Source: an uncultured Flavisolibacter sp.
GTDB lineage: Bacteria > Bacteroidota > Bacteroidia > Chitinophagales > Chitinophagaceae
Direction of reading: 5' to 3'
DNA length: 40,346 nucleotides
Assembly: GCA_964460925.1 (NCBI GenBank)
Contig: CAYWSQ010000003.1
Location: 3,905 to 44,250, forward strand
Below are positions 38,457 to 40,346 of the stretch, in pieces. A program made the position numbers and the translations under genes. The notes beneath the pieces are model-generated. The model saw only the letters and a program-made list of their open reading frames with translations. It was not told the DNA's origin and ran no database searches. The first letter of the stretch is position 1; each line of letters opens with the position of its first letter.

Positions 38457-38504
38457 AATGGGCTGCTGTACTGGGTTTTAAAATGTGGGCAAAGGTACGG
38501 AAAA

Positions 38505-38651
38505 CTAGCTGCTAGCTTCTAGCTACTAGCTGCGAGTTAGCGTCTCCACCTCAAACTTTACATTTACCATCCCGGTATTCCTGCTTACGCTGAAACCTCA
38601 ACTGACACAGCGAGTTTGACTTTTCACGGTTCACGATTCACTTCTCACGTT
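38505..38651. repeat. two 7-nt tandem arrays (CTAGCTN x4; TCACGNT x4)
   Basis: 38505-38538 CTAGCTG CTAGCTT CTAGCTA CTAGCTG CGAGTT; 38624-38651 TCACGGT TCACGAT TCACTTC TCACGTT. Confidence 0.75.
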
Positions 38652-38707
38652 TGCCCACTGCCATAGGGTTGTCAGTAGGCCAAAATAGTTTTACGGAAAT
38701 TTGAACC

Positions 38708-39811
38708 ATGGCCGAACCACTGAAGAATATTTATAACCCTCATTTTTTTGAACAACTGACTGCCAGCATCAGGGCCGTGATCCCATCTTTCCGTCAACAA
38801 TATTTCCTGAACCAGGTTTTTGACCGCCACTGGGAAAGCAAGGAACTCAAACAAAGGGTCCGCCATATTGCAGAAAGCCTTAATGAACATTTACCCGGGA
38901 ATTTTAAACAACAGGCCAGCCTGGTTTTGAAGATCATAGAACAATTGAAGAAAGAAGGAAAAAAAGGCGGTTTTGAATACATGATCTTTCCCGACTGGAT
39001 CGAATTGCATGGATTGCAGCACCTGGAAACATCTCTGAAAACCATGGAAAAGGTTACGGAGTTCATCAGTTGTGAATTTGCCATCAGGCCTTTTCTTTTG
39101 AAATACCCTGATGAAGTAATAAACAGGATGATTGCCCTCAGCCAACATCCCCATCCACACGTGCGAAGATTTGCCTCTGAAGGTTGCCGCCCGCGACTAC
39201 CATGGGGACAGGCCATCCCTTCACTGAAAAAAGATCCCTCGCCTGTTCTGCCCATCCTGCAGAAACTGAAAAACGATCCTTCTCTTTTTGTAAGGAAATC
39301 AGTTGCCAACCATCTCAATGATATTTCCAAAGACCACCCGGATATCGTGATCAACCTGGTAAAAAAATGGAAGGGCATAAGTGCTGAAACGGATTGGATC
39401 ATCAGGCACGGCTGCAGGGGATTGCTAAAAAAAGCGCATACGGAGGCTTATGCTTTGTTCGATCTGAAAAACGGAGCGAATTGCCGCGTAGAGCAATTCA
39501 GCCTCAAACAAAAAAGAATCTCCATTGGAGATAAGCTGATGTTTTCATTTCAACTGGTGAATACAGCAAAAAAAGAAACACCGCTGCGGCTGGAATACAT
39601 GGTTCATTACCGCAAAGCAGGCGGACAATCAACAGGGAAAATATTCCAGTTGACCGAAAAGAAATTCCAGCCCGGCCAGGTTTATTCTTTCAAAAAGCAG
39701 CAAAGCTTCCAGGACTTCACCACAAGAAAACATTACCCGGGAAAACATAAGATCAGTTTACTGGTGAATGGAAAAGAAATGGTTCATGAAGAATTCATGC
39801 TAACCAGCTAA
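38708..39811 (+). CDS. DNA alkylation repair protein (AlkC-like HEAT-repeat glycosylase)
   Basis: MAEPLK, EFAIRPF, HVRRFASEGCRPRLPW, VRKSVANHLND and FTTRKHYPG motifs. Confidence 0.88.
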   Translation: MAEPLKNIYNPHFFEQLTASIRAVIPSFRQQYFLNQVFDRHWESKELKQRVRHIAESLNEHLPGNFKQQASLVLKIIEQLKKEGKKGGFEYMIFPDWIELHGLQHLETSLKTMEKVTEFISCEFAIRPFLLKYPDEVINRMIALSQHPHPHVRRFASEGCRPRLPWGQAIPSLKKDPSPVLPILQKLKNDPSLFVRKSVANHLNDISKDHPDIVINLVKKWKGISAETDWIIRHGCRGLLKKAHTEAYALFDLKNGANCRVEQFSLKQKRISIGDKLMFSFQLVNTAKKETPLRLEYMVHYRKAGGQSTGKIFQLTEKKFQPGQVYSFKKQQSFQDFTTRKHYPGKHKISLLVNGKEMVHEEFMLTS

Positions 39812-39853
39812 AATTTTCTGGTGCAATGACAGGTTCGGAATATTTTTACCGGC

Positions 39854-40346
39854 ATGCAGGTAAACGGTAAAGCTTACAGAACCATCTGGGTCCATCCATC
39901 AAACCAAAAGGTAATCCAGGTGATCGACCAGCGGGATCTCCCTCATTTTTTCAGGATCGCTGACATCAGCACGGTTTCAGAAATGGTATCAGCCATCAGT
40001 GATATGACGGTTCGCGGGGCGGGACTCATTGGCGCGGCTGCAGGGTATGGCATGTACCTGGCTGCCCTGGAAGCTTCAGAGCAAAATTCATTTGATGAAC
40101 ATTTGAAAGAATGTGCGAACCGCCTGGTGAAAAGCCGCCCGACTGCCGTAAACCTGAGCTGGGCGGTGACCACGCAACTCATGACCATTGCGAAAGAAAA
40201 AAATATAGAAGAAAAGATCAGTATAGCGCTTCAGACAGCAAATAAAATCGCGGATGGGGATGCAGAGGCCTGCATGCAGATAGGAAGGCATGGCGTGAGC
40301 ATCATTGAAAAAATATCAAAAGAAAAAAATGGCGCGGTTGTCAATA
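39854..40346 (+). CDS. mtnA: S-methyl-5-thioribose-1-phosphate isomerase (5' part, runs off window)
   Basis: Hand translation MQVNGKAYRTIW...IDQRDLP...MTVRGAGLIG...SRPTAVNL. Absent from the ORF track because it has no stop in the window. Confidence 0.92.
   Translation, partial: MQVNGKAYRTIWVHPSNQKVIQVIDQRDLPHFFRIADISTVSEMVSAISDMTVRGAGLIGAAAGYGMYLAALEASEQNSFDEHLKECANRLVKSRPTAVNLSWAVTTQLMTIAKEKNIEEKISIALQTANKIADGDAEACMQIGRHGVSIIEKISKEKNGAVVN

Noticed and set aside
38457-38707. T-box leader for ileS
   Set aside because: The promoter box is only ~33 nt upstream of the ATG and no T-box consensus is visible.

Overview
A 40.3-kb stretch of mostly core chromosome from a Bacteroidota bacterium, probably Chitinophagaceae. 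This assignment is inferred from gldF/gldG, T9SS C-terminal sorting domains, the MurF-Alr fusion, acpP-fabF-rnc, ileS-dksA and TAnnTTTG promoters. It holds tRNA-Ser(GGA), about 34 CDS (tatD, gltX, fumC, lspA, murF-alr, terC, gldGF, iscA/iscS, mce, a LytS/LytTR pair, rnc, fabF, acpP, dksA, ileS, partial mtnA, three T9SS cargo proteins and several lipoproteins) and many short intergenic 7-9-nt repeat clusters. I see no CRISPR array, prophage, integrase or transposase. The most unusual signal is non-coding: a candidate ~60-nt RNA at ~1425-1485 with a promoter-like box, the seed GUUUUCAUAGGGUACGGAUU and a UUUCUA-loop hairpin. The seed is complementary to the leader/start-codon regions of all three T9SS cargo genes and of a small ORF. 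A similarly built element in the 3' UTR of one cargo gene is complementary to that gene's own 5' leader. Together these suggest an undescribed antisense/end-pairing control system for secreted proteins. Also notable: a GIHH-motif IleRS2 (mupirocin hyper-resistance type), a 9-12-9 LytTR-like direct repeat beside the LytS/LytTR pair, and a DksA with a histone-H1-like extension.
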